Part shown: piece by piece, positions 8,512-19,625 of the stretch
Layout: each line of letters begins with the position of its first letter
Position numbering within the stretch: the first letter of the stretch is position 1
Assembly: GCA_903858755.1 (NCBI GenBank)
Contig: CAIOKC010000027.1
Location: 2,192-66,191 of the forward strand
DNA: 64,000 nt
Reading direction: 5' to 3'
Source: an uncultured bacterium
GTDB lineage: Bacteria > Patescibacteriota > Minisyncoccia > Phycocordibacterales > UBA2100
Position numbers and translations under genes: made by a program
Notes under the pieces: model-generated
Told to the model about the DNA's origin: nothing
What the model saw: the letters and a program-made list of their open reading frames with translations, nothing else
The model's database searches: none

Positions 8512-10278
8512 ATGTGTGGGATTTTCGGCTACGCAGGCTCCAAGCGGAGCGCAGCGGATGCGGTCTTAGAAGGACTGCAAAGACTTGATTATCGAGGATA
8601 CGACAGTTGGGGCATCGGTGTTGTCGAGAGAAATCTCCACGTGGAGAAAAAGGTCGGGACCGTTGGGCGTACGACTGCATTACCAAAGAGTCCAATTGGT
8701 ATCGGACACACTCGCTGGGCAACGCACGGAGCAGTAACCGCCACCAATGCACATCCGCACTATTCTTCGGACAGGTCGTTCATACTTGCGCACAACGGCA
8801 TCGCCGAGAACGCGGACGCTATCAAGACAACATTGCAATCTGAAGGATATCGCTTCTCAACGCAAACCGATACCGAATCAATAGTCCGCCTCATTGAAAA
8901 GAAGCGATCGAAAAAACTCGACCTTAGTGAAGCAGTGCGGAGTGCATTCAAAGAGCTGACTGGTCGCAACACCATTATCGTCCTCGCGACCGATGGCGAT
9001 ATTGTCGCGGCGCGCAATGGCTCCCCCCTCGTCATCGGCTTTGGATCGAAAAGTTCTGAAGTGTATTTCTCATCTGACATCTTCTCGTGCGCCCCTCATG
9101 TCGAAGAATACATCGTGCTCGACAACGGGCAGATGGCGACGTATCGCAAAGGAATCGTGTCGGTGTTCGATATACAGACAGGCAAGAAAATACGCGCCGT
9201 GCGGGAGAAAAACCTCCTGCGAGATGTCTCGGTCAACAAAGGCAAATACGCACACTTCATGCTCAAAGAAATTCACGAGGCACCATTCGTCGTCCAACAG
9301 GTCACAAAGGAGAATGCAAGAAAATACCGAGGACTCGCCTTGGCGGTCAAGCGTGCACCGAGAGTCTACTGCATAGGGTCAGGCACAGCTGGTGCTGCGG
9401 CAGCGCAAATCGCGTATTACCTCCGCGTATACGGCAATATCCCGGCGACAGCGCTTATCGGAGCGGAGGCGACTGACTACAGAAATCTCATAGGGCCAAA
9501 AGATGTCCTCATCGCACCGTCACAAAGCGGCGAAACAGCAGATGTCCTTGAGGTACTCGAACTGGCGAAAAAGCGCGGCGCGACAATAGCTTCGTTCGTA
9601 AATATGCCGGGAAGCATGATGACGCGCCTCTCCGATTATCCCTTTATGGCGCATGCCGGACCCGAGATATGCGTGATGTCGACGAAGATATTCGTCTCCC
9701 AAATCGCGTGGGGATACCTCGTCGCAAAAGCCGTGCAGGGCGCGCTACCCGAAGGTATCCGACGTCTTAAGAAGACTGCATCACACATCAATGTCCTCTT
9801 GAGCGACACCGCATACATGTCTGAAATCGCGCGTCACGGCAAACGCATGTCGCGCAATAAGCACATCTTCCTCCTGGGCAAAGCTCAGAACCTTCAAATT
9901 ATCAAAGAAGGTATGGTCAAGATGATTGAGGGTGCGTACATTCACGCACACGCAATCGCAGCCGGCGACCTCAAGCACTACGCGATCACTCTCATGGAAC
10001 CGGGCGTAAGCGTTATTGCCCTTGTTTCCGACGACGACGTAAAAAGCGACACACTGAACGCTATCCACGAGGTACGTGCGCGCGGAGCGGAGGTATTCGG
10101 CATCGCGCCGCAGAAAGAGAAGGGCTTCACGCACTATCTCCATGTACCCGACGGAGGCGAGACATCGGCAATCATCAATGTGGTTCCCCTGCAGCTCCTC
10201 GCCTACTCCATGGCGGTTGCGCTCAACAACAATGTCGACAAACCGCGAAATATCGCGAAGAGTGTGACGGTCAAATAG
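8512..10278 (+). CDS. glmS: Glutamine--fructose-6-phosphate aminotransferase
   Basis: Starts MCGIFGY (catalytic Cys2); two SIS domains. Start set at ATG 8512. Confidence 0.9.
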   Translation: MCGIFGYAGSKRSAADAVLEGLQRLDYRGYDSWGIGVVERNLHVEKKVGTVGRTTALPKSPIGIGHTRWATHGAVTATNAHPHYSSDRSFILAHNGIAENADAIKTTLQSEGYRFSTQTDTESIVRLIEKKRSKKLDLSEAVRSAFKELTGRNTIIVLATDGDIVAARNGSPLVIGFGSKSSEVYFSSDIFSCAPHVEEYIVLDNGQMATYRKGIVSVFDIQTGKKIRAVREKNLLRDVSVNKGKYAHFMLKEIHEAPFVVQQVTKENARKYRGLALAVKRAPRVYCIGSGTAGAAAAQIAYYLRVYGNIPATALIGAEATDYRNLIGPKDVLIAPSQSGETADVLEVLELAKKRGATIASFVNMPGSMMTRLSDYPFMAHAGPEICVMSTKIFVSQIAWGYLVAKAVQGALPEGIRRLKKTASHINVLLSDTAYMSEIARHGKRMSRNKHIFLLGKAQNLQIIKEGMVKMIEGAYIHAHAIAAGDLKHYAITLMEPGVSVIALVSDDDVKSDTLNAIHEVRARGAEVFGIAPQKEKGFTHYLHVPDGGETSAIINVVPLQLLAYSMAVALNNNVDKPRNIAKSVTVK

Positions 10279-11266
10279 ATTGGAATACTTGGTCGGCAAT
10301 ATCGGCGCGGAATCGGAAAATCGCCGAGTCGTCCTTGGGGCGCTTCGGGTATGTGCGGTTGGACAGGATCACAAACGCGATTCCGCGTTCGATATCACAC
10401 ACCGCACTTGTACCGGTAAATCCCGTTTTTCCGAAGGCATGAGCGCTTGCGTGCGTCCCCATGAAGCGCGAGTCGTTCACTTGCCACCCCAATCCTTTTT
10501 GCGCCCCATCGACGATACAGTCGTATTCGCCACGCAAGAGTGCTTCAAGAAAATGAAGCAGGTCGGGCGCATTTGAGAAAAGCCCTGCATGCCCCACTGC
10601 CCTCCCCGCTTTCGCGAAGGTATACGCGCTCTCATCATGCGGCATGCCGCGGACCTCGCCTCTCCACTCGCCAATCTCCGTCGGCGCAATAGTAGTGGTT
10701 TCGTAAACCACTACATGTGTGGAAAACGCCGTGCGCGTCATGCCGAGTGGTGTAAAAAGACGCTCCTGCGCGAGCATGCCCAGCGAGTCGCCCGCCGCAC
10801 GCTCAACAAGTATCCCAAGCAGCAGTGCTGGGAGGTTCGTATACTTCGGCTCGCCGGGAGCAAGGTCGAATCCATGCTCAAAGACGTACGCGAGTATTTC
10901 GTCGAGAGACCTGTCTTTGAGCGTCGAGAGCGGCGTGCCATGCACGCGATAGGTCAAGAGATCTTCTATCGTCGCTCCGTAGTCATTTTGCAATTCTGGA
11001 ATATGCTGTTTCACCGTATCTCCAAGTCGCAACCTGCCTTCGGAAATATATGCGAGCGCGAGCGATGCGGTCGGAATCGACTTCGTTATCGAAGCGAGAT
11101 CATAGATGGTGCGCGCACCGACGAGCGGCGAATCACTTTCGTACGTCAGCCGTCCGAATGGCAGCAATTCGCGCCGACCGCTTGCGCGAACGACTCCGAC
11201 GACACACCCCGGGAATACGTTCTCGCGGATCGCTTTATTCGCCAGTGCTTCAACAGCTTTAAGCAT
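10271..11266 (-). CDS. Serine hydrolase, beta-lactamase/transpeptidase-like family
   Basis: SITKS (S-x-x-K) active-site motif. Start trimmed to ATG 11264-11266 (MLKAVEALANKAI), 2 nt after the stop of the upstream gene. Confidence 0.7.
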   Translation of the reverse strand: MLKAVEALANKAIRENVFPGCVVGVVRASGRRELLPFGRLTYESDSPLVGARTIYDLASITKSIPTASLALAYISEGRLRLGDTVKQHIPELQNDYGATIEDLLTYRVHGTPLSTLKDRSLDEILAYVFEHGFDLAPGEPKYTNLPALLLGILVERAAGDSLGMLAQERLFTPLGMTRTAFSTHVVVYETTTIAPTEIGEWRGEVRGMPHDESAYTFAKAGRAVGHAGLFSNAPDLLHFLEALLRGEYDCIVDGAQKGLGWQVNDSRFMGTHASAHAFGKTGFTGTSAVCDIERGIAFVILSNRTYPKRPKDDSAIFRFRADIADQVFQSI

Positions 11267-12356
11267 CGGGATATGCTGCCAGTATCTCCTTCGCGAGGTA
11301 CGGATTCCACATCGCACCAGTCGCCGCCATGACGGTGTCGGCTCCCGCATCCCGGTAGTCTTTGAAATCCCTCGGGGTCATCACACCGCCGACCCCTTCG
11401 ATAGAAAAGGTGAAGCCGCGTCGCTCTTTGATCGCCTTAAGACGCCGCACGAAATCGAGCCCAGCCCACTTGATGCCGGCGCCGCACACGCCCGAGCGCA
11501 ATCGCGCGGGCGAACCGGGGAGCGCCTGTCCGCCTTCCACATCCCGCACTTCTCCCTGCAAAGTGTTGATGCCTGCGACACTATCTGCATATTCGTTCGC
11601 AATCTCTGCGAATTTCTCGAGCTCGGCGTCGTCTCGGTAGTAGCCGACCTTGAGGATAAGCGGCGTCGAACCGATGACACCCCTGATTCCTTTCGCCACT
11701 TTTTGAGTAGTGTCGAGGTTGTAGCAGACGAGTCCTTCATTGCCGATATTCGGGCACGAAAGATTCGTCTCCAAGACACGCGCGCCCGTCTCAGCGGAAA
11801 GCTTCGCGGCGAGGATATAATCATCTACAAACTCCCGCTCACTCTGCCCTGCGCGCACTGTCCCCATACAGCTCACGACGAGTACCTGACCTTCCCGCGC
11901 CGAAGCGACCGCCTTTTGCACGTCTTCTTGCCACACACCAGCGTCTTTCGACGGTACGCCGAAAGAATTTGTAATCGAAAGTGGCTCCGAATACTCCGCG
12001 TCAGCGATAAGCGGCTTCTTCAAGACCTCGAGCGTGAGATCTCCCTCGGGGTGAATCGCGAGTACGTTCGGAAATGGATGGCATGGAAAAGCGCCGCTCC
12101 GCACCGTCTTGTAGACGCAGATATCGAATCCTTTTTCAAATGCAGCTTTGCAAAATGCGCTGTTGAGCAACGGTCCCGCGGGTATGCCGAGCGGATAACT
12201 CACCGGAATACCGAGAAAATCAAACCGCGCCTCTCCCTCGGGGAAGATCACGTCATCGGAAAATCCGCCGAAAGGACCGTGATCGTAGTTGTCTTCGTAC
12301 GACTGTGTCGGGTCATAGAATGGCGCCTGCAGCATGCGGACAATACTACCACGCAC
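11259..12356 (-). CDS. Dihydroorotate dehydrogenase family flavoenzyme (class 1 PyrD / dihydropyrimidine dehydrogenase-like)
   Basis: NLSCPN motif; TIM-barrel FMN-binding signatures (GGVMTPRDF). Confidence 0.7.
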   Translation of the reverse strand: MRGSIVRMLQAPFYDPTQSYEDNYDHGPFGGFSDDVIFPEGEARFDFLGIPVSYPLGIPAGPLLNSAFCKAAFEKGFDICVYKTVRSGAFPCHPFPNVLAIHPEGDLTLEVLKKPLIADAEYSEPLSITNSFGVPSKDAGVWQEDVQKAVASAREGQVLVVSCMGTVRAGQSEREFVDDYILAAKLSAETGARVLETNLSCPNIGNEGLVCYNLDTTQKVAKGIRGVIGSTPLILKVGYYRDDAELEKFAEIANEYADSVAGINTLQGEVRDVEGGQALPGSPARLRSGVCGAGIKWAGLDFVRRLKAIKERRGFTFSIEGVGGVMTPRDFKDYRDAGADTVMAATGAMWNPYLAKEILAAYPDA

Positions 12357-12390
12357 GCTATTTCATCCGGGCGCCCCCCTTTTCATGCGG

Positions 12391-12945
12391 CTATCCGCCT
12401 CTCTGCCAGGCATCGATACTGGGAAATTGGTGAATGAGGTTGAGCGTATTCAGGATTAGATTATCGCGAATCGAATATCCCACGAAAATCTCAAGCCCCA
12501 CTGCACACGCAAGGACCACCACAAGAGGCAAACGCCACGCGAGAACGAATCCAAACACCATCGCGAGCGAATCGCTGAGAGAGTTTATGATGCTATCTCC
12601 GGTGTACCCTTGCGCAAGCGCCTGTTGCCGATAGTGATCGATGATCATCGGCGTATTCTCGAAGACTTCCCACCCTGCCTCAATACCGAGCGCGAAAAGA
12701 AATCGAAGAGGCATCGACAAACGCGGAAAGAGAAGACCGAGCACGTAAAAGAAGATAATGCCGTGCACAATGTGGGAGAAGACGTACCAGTCCGTGACAT
12801 GCTGCGAATTTCCCGGACTTAAGACCACTCCTTCCCACAGCTTCACGTACCCGCATGTGCAGATAAGGGGCTGCCCCATCGCGTAAAGGACGAGCATCTG
12901 CGCTCCAAGAATGGCGAGTGTGATTCCGATGACACGAGACGTCAT
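12391..12945 (-). CDS. Polytopic membrane protein (UPF0314/DUF2585-like)
   Basis: Several hydrophobic helices, 184 aa. Confidence 0.45.
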   Translation of the reverse strand: MTSRVIGITLAILGAQMLVLYAMGQPLICTCGYVKLWEGVVLSPGNSQHVTDWYVFSHIVHGIIFFYVLGLLFPRLSMPLRFLFALGIEAGWEVFENTPMIIDHYRQQALAQGYTGDSIINSLSDSLAMVFGFVLAWRLPLVVVLACAVGLEIFVGYSIRDNLILNTLNLIHQFPSIDAWQRGG

Positions 12946-12952
12946 AGATGCT

Positions 12953-14734
12953 CTAGCGGCGCGCTTTCGATCGGTCCGTTTCCGTGAGCTGCTGCTTGCG
13001 GAGTCGGACCGAAAGCGGAGTAATCTCCAAGTACTCGTCTTCCGCCATCACTTCGAGACCGCGCTCGATGGTGAGCTCGTACGGCGGAATAAGGACGAGC
13101 GCTTCATCCGTACCGGACGAACGGACATTGGTGAGATTCTTATTCTTGGTCGGATTCACCGTCATTTCCTCTCCCTTTGAGGTGTTGCCGATGACCATGC
13201 CCTCGTAGACTTCGGTCGCTGGATGTATGTAGAGGACGCCGCGTTCCTGCAGATTCCACAGCGAGTACCCGAGCGCTTTGCCGGTTGCCATCGATATCAT
13301 GGAGCCGACCGCCCGCTTCTTGATCTCGCCGACATACGGCGAGAAACCGATGACGCGCGAAGAGAGAATCCCCTCCCCTTTCGTATCAAGGACGAACTGG
13401 CTGCGGTAGCCGAGCAATCCGCGCGTCGGTCCCTCGAAGGTAAGGCGCACCTGATGTTCGTGTACTTTCAAGTCCTTCATCACGAATTTGCGACTCCCGA
13501 GGCGCTCAATGATGACGCCTTGGTACTGCTGCGGCGTATCGACGATTACTTCCTCAAAAGGCTCTTGCGTGCCGCCTGCGTCTTCGCGAACGATGACCTG
13601 CGGCTGCGATACCTGCATTTCGTATCCTTCGCGGCGCATATTTTCAAGGAGGATGGCGATGTGAAGTTCGCCGCGACCAGAGACCTTAAACGTATCCCCC
13701 TCGAAGTCGACTCGGAGACCGACGTTGATCTCGAGCTCGCGCAAAAGGCGCTCGCGTATCTGGCGCGATGTGACGAATTTCCCTTCGCGCCCGGCGAAGG
13801 GAGAATTGTTGACGAGAAAATTGAGCGTGATCGTGGGTTCATCGATCGCGATCGCCGGCAGCAGCTCCACCGACTGATCGGTCGTGATCGTCTCTCCGAT
13901 GAAGATATCGGGAAGACCGGCGATCATCGCGATGTCTCCCGCCGCGACTTCCCGCGACTCCACTTTCTGCAAACCCTTGAAGGTATACATCTTGGTGATT
14001 TTTCCCGTACGCGCCTCGCCGGTCGGCTTCTTGACGACGACCGCGTCGTTCACTCTGAGTACGCCATCGTACACGCGCACGATCGCGAGGCGCCCGAGGA
14101 AGTTGTCGTATCCGAGGTTGAAAGGCTGGAGCACGGCGGGTTTCGTCTCGGCATCGATCTTTGACGCAGTCGGTACATGCGCGAGGATGGTCTCGAGTAG
14201 CGGCGCGAGGTCAGACGATTCGTCGGCGACATTCCTTTTTGCGACGCCGGATTTTCCGATCGCGTAGACGATAGGAAAATCCGCCTGTTCATTGGAGGCG
14301 CCGAGCTCGAGGAACAGCTCGAAGACTTGATCTGCGCATCGAGCGGGATCCGCCGCCGGCTTATCGATTTTATTGATGACGACGATGGGTCGTATGCCGA
14401 GCTCGAGCGATTTCTTGAGGACGAAACGCGTCTGGGGCATGGGACCTTCTTGGGCATCGACGACGAGAAGTACGGAATCGATAGAGCGGAGGACGCGCTC
14501 TACTTCGCTGCCGAAGTCGGCATGACCGGGGGTATCGACGATGTTTATCTTCGTCCCCTTGTAAAAAATAGCGGCATTTTTCGAATAGATGGTGATACCG
14601 CGTTCGCGCTCAAGCGCGTTTGAATCCATCGAGACCCCTTCTTCCGCCGCGCCAGTCTGTCGCAAAAGAGCGTCGGTCAAGGTGGTTTTCCCATGATCCA
14701 CATGGGCTATGATCGCGATGTTTCTGATTTCCAT
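12953..14734 (-). CDS. typA: Translational GTPase TypA/BipA
   Basis: [14 protein letters not shown]1 motif, DTPGHADF; 593 aa. Confidence 0.9.
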   Translation of the reverse strand: MEIRNIAIIAHVDHGKTTLTDALLRQTGAAEEGVSMDSNALERERGITIYSKNAAIFYKGTKINIVDTPGHADFGSEVERVLRSIDSVLLVVDAQEGPMPQTRFVLKKSLELGIRPIVVINKIDKPAADPARCADQVFELFLELGASNEQADFPIVYAIGKSGVAKRNVADESSDLAPLLETILAHVPTASKIDAETKPAVLQPFNLGYDNFLGRLAIVRVYDGVLRVNDAVVVKKPTGEARTGKITKMYTFKGLQKVESREVAAGDIAMIAGLPDIFIGETITTDQSVELLPAIAIDEPTITLNFLVNNSPFAGREGKFVTSRQIRERLLRELEINVGLRVDFEGDTFKVSGRGELHIAILLENMRREGYEMQVSQPQVIVREDAGGTQEPFEEVIVDTPQQYQGVIIERLGSRKFVMKDLKVHEHQVRLTFEGPTRGLLGYRSQFVLDTKGEGILSSRVIGFSPYVGEIKKRAVGSMISMATGKALGYSLWNLQERGVLYIHPATEVYEGMVIGNTSKGEEMTVNPTKNKNLTNVRSSGTDEALVLIPPYELTIERGLEVMAEDEYLEITPLSVRLRKQQLTETDRSKARR

Positions 14735-14811
14735 ACGTGTTTAAACAAAAAGTGCCCAAACGAGGGCACCTCGTGCTTCCATTGTGCCCTATAGAGAGGA
14801 CAAGGTCAAAC

Positions 14812-15540
14812 TCAAAGCTGCTCGTCGATTGCCGTCTGGAATGCCGGGAATTCTACGGCTCCCGGAATAAGGGTCGTGCCCGTGATGAAGCCTGGCGTAC
14901 CGCTTACTCCGAGCGATGTCCCTTCTGCTTTGTCCGCATCATTCATTGCCTGATACGCAGCCATATTCGCCGCGACGTCGGCTTTCACTTTGTCTGCGTC
15001 GATGCCAGCGATACCTCGCGTAAGCTTCACGATGCTTGCCTCGTCGCCGAAGCCCGCATGCTCTTCATCTTGCGCGTGGAACATCGCTTCGTGCCATGCA
15101 TAAAACTTGTCTGGATACAGCTTCCAGATGGCGCGCAGATACAGCGCTGCTGTATCAGAATCCGGTCCCAAGAATGCGTAATTCTTGAACACGATCCTGA
15201 GTTTCCCGGTATCGACATACTGCTGTATGAGAAGCGGCATCGCAGGCTCTATCGGTATCTGCGGTATACCGCCGACATCCACCGCTTTGCAGTACGGACA
15301 CTGGTAATCAAACCAGTATGCGAGAACGACGGGCGCGTCTTCTTTGCCGATGAACGGAGAGCCGTCGAGCTTGACGTCGGCGATATCGACGTCGGTCGGT
15401 CCTTGCCCACCCGCTGGCGCCTGAGACGAGAGCGCGAGGTACAGACCAATACCAATAAGCGCGCCCGCGATCACGATCGCGGCGGGGGTGTAGAGATTTG
15501 AATAATCTTTTGCTGCTGCAGTTGTCTGTTGTTCGGGCAT
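14812..15540 (-). CDS. Membrane-anchored DsbA-like thiol:disulfide oxidoreductase
   Basis: N-terminal TM anchor; CPYC active site (YQCPYCK). Confidence 0.75.
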   Translation of the reverse strand: MPEQQTTAAAKDYSNLYTPAAIVIAGALIGIGLYLALSSQAPAGGQGPTDVDIADVKLDGSPFIGKEDAPVVLAYWFDYQCPYCKAVDVGGIPQIPIEPAMPLLIQQYVDTGKLRIVFKNYAFLGPDSDTAALYLRAIWKLYPDKFYAWHEAMFHAQDEEHAGFGDEASIVKLTRGIAGIDADKVKADVAANMAAYQAMNDADKAEGTSLGVSGTPGFITGTTLIPGAVEFPAFQTAIDEQL

Positions 15541-15580
15541 AGTCAGACCATTCTACACTATCTTTCCCACGCGCAAAGAC

Positions 15581-16774
15581 CTACTTCTTCACACCCGCGA
15601 GCGTCGCCCATATGTTCGGATCCTGCCCGCCGTCGAGCTTGAAGATCGAGACGCCGCGAACTCCGAGCTTCTTCGCGAGATCGATCTTGGTCTGCAATGA
15701 GTGCGCATCAGGCCACACCAACATGCGGAAATCGAGATGCGAGTTGTACGTATCCGCGTAGGCGACCGCCGCGAGCGCAGCGAGCGGGGCGGAATTCGGT
15801 CCAAGTGAAACGGGCGCACTTGAGGTAGCGGCGGGCACGTAGGTGAAATACATTTCCCCGGTGCCATTCCTCTGCGGCGTAATGCCGTACTGCTGCGCGA
15901 GCGGAAGCGCGTAGCCCGGATTGAAAGACCAGAGAATGTCGTACAAGTAGTCGCTCCCCGCGTACGCGGTCACGTCGTACTCATAGCCATAGGTGGGCAC
16001 GCCGATCATGATCTTCGACTTCTTGATGTCTTTCGCGACAAGATTGACGACCTTTTCCACCCACGCCGGATCGGCGACCGGCGCGTAGAGCTGCGAGGAT
16101 GAGGCAGCGACCTGCACGAGCTTTTGGTCGATTCCCTGCTGATCGTACGCCATGATCCGCACCCGATCGCAGTACTTGTTGATCTCTTTGAAGTCATTGG
16201 CATAGATACTTGCGTCTGCGGGAGCAGTGGCGCCGTAGTAGCGTGCTTCAAGCGGCGTACGCGATTCAATCGTGCACATCACCCACTTGTTGCCCATGCG
16301 TTGGTAGAGCCCCTTGAGAAAAGTCGAGAAATACTTCTTGTCTTCCGCCTTTTTCCCCTCGAAATCGATGTCGATACCGTCGAACCCCTTCTCCTTCACA
16401 AGATCGGCGATCGTGTCTTCAAGTGCGATGCGGGATTTCGTATTGCTGAGGAGCGTGTGGAGGAGCTCGGTATTGCTCGTCATGACTGTCGGAATAAAGC
16501 GGATGTTTTTCTTCTTTGCCTCGGCGCGCAGCGTACGCCACGGCTCTGTGTCGAGCGAGCCGTTGTCGACGAGCGTGCCGTCGGATTTTATCGTGTAGAC
16601 GAACGGATTTACTTCCGTGAGCTTGTCGAGATTCGGCAGCACATCGGCAGTCCCCGTCGCGGCGCGCCAGTACGGTATCCACCCCGAGACTTCGAATTTC
16701 CCGGATTGCGCGGCATCCGCCGAGAGCGGAGCGAGAAAAATGAGCACGCCAAATATCGCGAAAAGATATTTCAT
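15581..16774 (-). CDS. Secreted glycoside hydrolase family 18-like protein
   Basis: Signal peptide MKYLFAIFGVLIFLAPLSADA; FDGIDIDFEG resembles the GH18 DGxDxDWE catalytic motif. Start set at ATG 16774. Confidence 0.6.
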   Translation of the reverse strand: MKYLFAIFGVLIFLAPLSADAAQSGKFEVSGWIPYWRAATGTADVLPNLDKLTEVNPFVYTIKSDGTLVDNGSLDTEPWRTLRAEAKKKNIRFIPTVMTSNTELLHTLLSNTKSRIALEDTIADLVKEKGFDGIDIDFEGKKAEDKKYFSTFLKGLYQRMGNKWVMCTIESRTPLEARYYGATAPADASIYANDFKEINKYCDRVRIMAYDQQGIDQKLVQVAASSSQLYAPVADPAWVEKVVNLVAKDIKKSKIMIGVPTYGYEYDVTAYAGSDYLYDILWSFNPGYALPLAQQYGITPQRNGTGEMYFTYVPAATSSAPVSLGPNSAPLAALAAVAYADTYNSHLDFRMLVWPDAHSLQTKIDLAKKLGVRGVSIFKLDGGQDPNIWATLAGVKK

Positions 16775-16808
16775 ACCACGTAGACGAGTGAGTATACCAA
16801 ATCTTTCC

Positions 16809-17597
16809 TCACGATTCATTGCGAGCGAATTGCCCCGTATCACGAGATCGTGTGTAAAGGTACTGGAATACAAACATAGAGAGGATGCAGTAGAGAGACG
16901 CGAGTATAAGTCCCACTCCAAACACACCCCACGCGACATCGCCGTACAAAAGTCCGTAGCGCGCGCCCTCGAATCCGTACGTCGACGGAAAGAAGTATGC
17001 AACGAGCTGAAGAGCACGCGGCATATCCGCAATAGGAAAAAAGGCGGCGGAAAACGGCTGCACGATGGTAATGAGCGACCACGAGAGCGCCTGGATGCGC
17101 GTTCCGTACCGGAAGATGAGCCCGAGAACTACGATCGCGACGGCAAAAGCGAAAATACTGAAAACGAGGAAGGTAAGGAGAAGCGACATCAATCCGACCG
17201 CGAGCATATCGAAACGAAATACGATAGCCGAAAGAAATCCACCGACCGCAAGAAGCGCAACAGCTTTCACACACCCAGAGAGGAAGTGCGCCACGATGTA
17301 CTCCTCAAGCTCAAGCGGCGCGACAAACATGTTGCTCAAATTGCGTGACCAGATATTCCACATACTGCCCACGGCAACCGAGTAAGCGATAATCCAGATG
17401 ATCTGCCAGAGAAGCATGCCGAGGAGAATAAACGCGCCCGCTACGCTATTGTCGTTCCCCACAAGATAGAGCGAAATGAGACCGAAGACGACAATATTGA
17501 TGAGCGGGAAAATAAAGACATCGACAAAGATCTCAAGCGAATGAATGGTCATGTAGTATTCCTGCAGAAACACACCGTAGATTCGTCGGAGATTCAT
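16809..17597 (-). CDS. ABC-2 type transporter permease
   Basis: Six predicted TM helices; adjacent to the ABC ATPase. Confidence 0.6.
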   Translation of the reverse strand: MNLRRIYGVFLQEYYMTIHSLEIFVDVFIFPLINIVVFGLISLYLVGNDNSVAGAFILLGMLLWQIIWIIAYSVAVGSMWNIWSRNLSNMFVAPLELEEYIVAHFLSGCVKAVALLAVGGFLSAIVFRFDMLAVGLMSLLLTFLVFSIFAFAVAIVVLGLIFRYGTRIQALSWSLITIVQPFSAAFFPIADMPRALQLVAYFFPSTYGFEGARYGLLYGDVAWGVFGVGLILASLYCILSMFVFQYLYTRSRDTGQFARNES

Positions 17598-17598
17598 A

Positions 17599-18507
17599 CT
17601 AATTGCGTGCTATTTGCAGGAAGACATCTTCGAGCGTCGGCTTGCGTATCTCGATATCGACGATGGTCGCTCCTACATGGCTGATTGCGAAAAGCAGATT
17701 AGGAATGAGGTTTTCTTCGGAGTGGATTTCCACCACGTTTGGATGCGGTACATCGAATGTCTGACCCGTCTCGCGAAGATGCGCGTGGACTTTCTCAATA
17801 TCACTTAAGAAAACGAGACGAAGTGTAGCCGCTGAAACGCGCCTCGTGAGATTCTGCGGCGTGTCGTGGGCTACAATGCGTCCGCGATCAAGAAAGACGA
17901 CGGTGTCGCAAATACGCGTGATTTCCGCCATGTTATGACTTGTGTAGAGAATGCTGATAGCGCGCTCACTCTGGAGTTCTTCAATGTACGAAAGCGTTTT
18001 GTCTGCAATATCGGGATCGAGCGAAGCGGTCGGTTCGTCCATGAGAATGATCTCAGGATCATTCAGGAGAGACTTTACGAGATTGACACGCGTCCGCTGA
18101 CCGGATGAGAGCCCCCAGTAAAGAGATGACGCGAAGCCATTCATTTCAAATCGTTCGAGCAGTTCATCGATCTTTTTATTCGGATTGGGTATTTGATACA
18201 GCTCAGCAAAGACACGGAGATTCTCGCGGACAGTGATCCTGCCCAAGAGCGTATTGAACGCCGACGCGAAGTTGATCCGCTGCAGACACTCAAGGCGATG
18301 CGCGCGGAAGTCTTTCCCAAAATAGCTGATGGAGCCGCCATTCGCGAGCGTAATGCCAAGCAGCATTTGGATGGTCGTCGTCTTTCCTGCGCCGTTTGGA
18401 CCGAGAAGCCCGACTATCTTTCCCTTCTCCACGGAAAAAGAGATGCCATCGACAGCGACCGTGCCGCGATATTTCTTCCTGAGATTCTTGACTTCAAGGA
18501 CAGGCAT
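17599..18507 (-). CDS. ABC transporter ATP-binding protein
   Basis: Walker A GPNGAGKTT, signature LSSGQR, Walker B ILMDEP. Confidence 0.85.
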   Translation of the reverse strand: MPVLEVKNLRKKYRGTVAVDGISFSVEKGKIVGLLGPNGAGKTTTIQMLLGITLANGGSISYFGKDFRAHRLECLQRINFASAFNTLLGRITVRENLRVFAELYQIPNPNKKIDELLERFEMNGFASSLYWGLSSGQRTRVNLVKSLLNDPEIILMDEPTASLDPDIADKTLSYIEELQSERAISILYTSHNMAEITRICDTVVFLDRGRIVAHDTPQNLTRRVSAATLRLVFLSDIEKVHAHLRETGQTFDVPHPNVVEIHSEENLIPNLLFAISHVGATIVDIEIRKPTLEDVFLQIARN

Positions 18508-18512
18508 TCAGA

Positions 18513-18881
18513 CTACTGTATCACGATGGTTGCGGAGAAATTGTCGTTGGTGAGCGTGCAATTCCCCGCCGCAAGCGCTTCGAGTATGACCGCATACAGC
18601 GGTGGCTCAAGCATGGGCGCCGGCAGCGTCCCCAAAATACCACCGGGTGTGCAGCGCAAATTCGCCTGCGGATTCTTCGTCTCGTCGAAATATGCGGTAA
18701 AACGCGTGCCGACCGCATAGGTAAGCGTCTTTCCGGAATCGCTCTCCTGCAGACCGAGAGGGCACGTGCCGAGCAGACACTGCGGCATCTCGCGCTTCTG
18801 GAAGAAACTGAGCTTGTAGGCGCCGATGGCAAGCCCACCGATGAGGACGAGCGGAACGAGCGCGAGCGTCGAAGTCCGCAT
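18513..18881 (-). CDS. Small secreted hypothetical protein
   Basis: N-terminal signal/TM sequence MRTSTLALVPLVLIGGLAIGAYKL. Confidence 0.4.
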   Translation of the reverse strand: MRTSTLALVPLVLIGGLAIGAYKLSFFQKREMPQCLLGTCPLGLQESDSGKTLTYAVGTRFTAYFDETKNPQANLRCTPGGILGTLPAPMLEPPLYAVILEALAAGNCTLTNDNFSATIVIQ

Positions 18882-18903
18882 ATGCCGCCATTCTAGCACC
18901 GAC

Positions 18904-19524
18904 CTAGTACCAGGTGATCTCTCCGGTGCCCGAAAGTGGATACGGTGTCCCAAGGTATTTCGGCTCCCTTTTCGTCGTCACATCAAGGAGAGCCTTGAGG
19001 GACGCGGGTATTTCGCGCATATATAAAACGAGTGAGCTCTCCCCTCCGCCTGCGATGAGTCCGTCTGCCTTGATCCCGAGCTTCCGAGCGATCCATAGCG
19101 CACGCGGAAGGTGAAAATCTTGCGTCACGATCGTCGCCGAGCGAGCGCCGAATACATCGCGCGCGCGATACATGCTTGAGTATGTATCGAATCCCGCGTG
19201 GTCGAGAAATATATCTTCCGGAGCGACACCCGCATCGAGGAGGTACTTGCGCACGGGCGTCACCTCATCGTGAGAGAGGGCGCCGCTGTCGCCCGTCACG
19301 AGAACTTTCTCCACTTTTTTCGCTTTGTAGAGAAGGATGGCTGCATCGGCTCGCTTCGCAAGCACGGGCGACGGCTCGCCGCGCACGACCGAAGCGCCAA
19401 GTACTATCGCCACCTCCGCGGAAGGTACCTCATCGACCGATGCATGAATGAAGCGTGCAATCGAGATCCGCATCGCAATAGGGACAAGGAGAGAAAGAAC
19501 CGCGCAAGCAAGGAGCGCGAGCAT
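18904..19524 (-). CDS. SanA/YdcF (DUF218) family membrane-associated protein
   Basis: N-terminal TM anchor followed by a DUF218-like core (AIVLGASV...VLVTGDSG). Start trimmed to ATG 19524. Confidence 0.6.
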   Translation of the reverse strand: MLALLACAVLSLLVPIAMRISIARFIHASVDEVPSAEVAIVLGASVVRGEPSPVLAKRADAAILLYKAKKVEKVLVTGDSGALSHDEVTPVRKYLLDAGVAPEDIFLDHAGFDTYSSMYRARDVFGARSATIVTQDFHLPRALWIARKLGIKADGLIAGGGESSLVLYMREIPASLKALLDVTTKREPKYLGTPYPLSGTGEITWY

Positions 19525-19625
19525 GCTCCGATATATGAAACGACGCGACGTCCTCACCGCACCATTATGCACCAAAGCGGCACCCCGCCGTAGGCGGGGT
19601 GCCGCTTCCCCAGAGAATATCTCAC

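Noticed and set aside
11106-14164. Long plus-strand ORFs (11106..12437, 13223..14164) antisense to the pyrD-like and typA genes.
   Set aside because: Arg/Ala-rich GC-artefact composition, no motifs, and they overlap high-confidence genes on the other strand.
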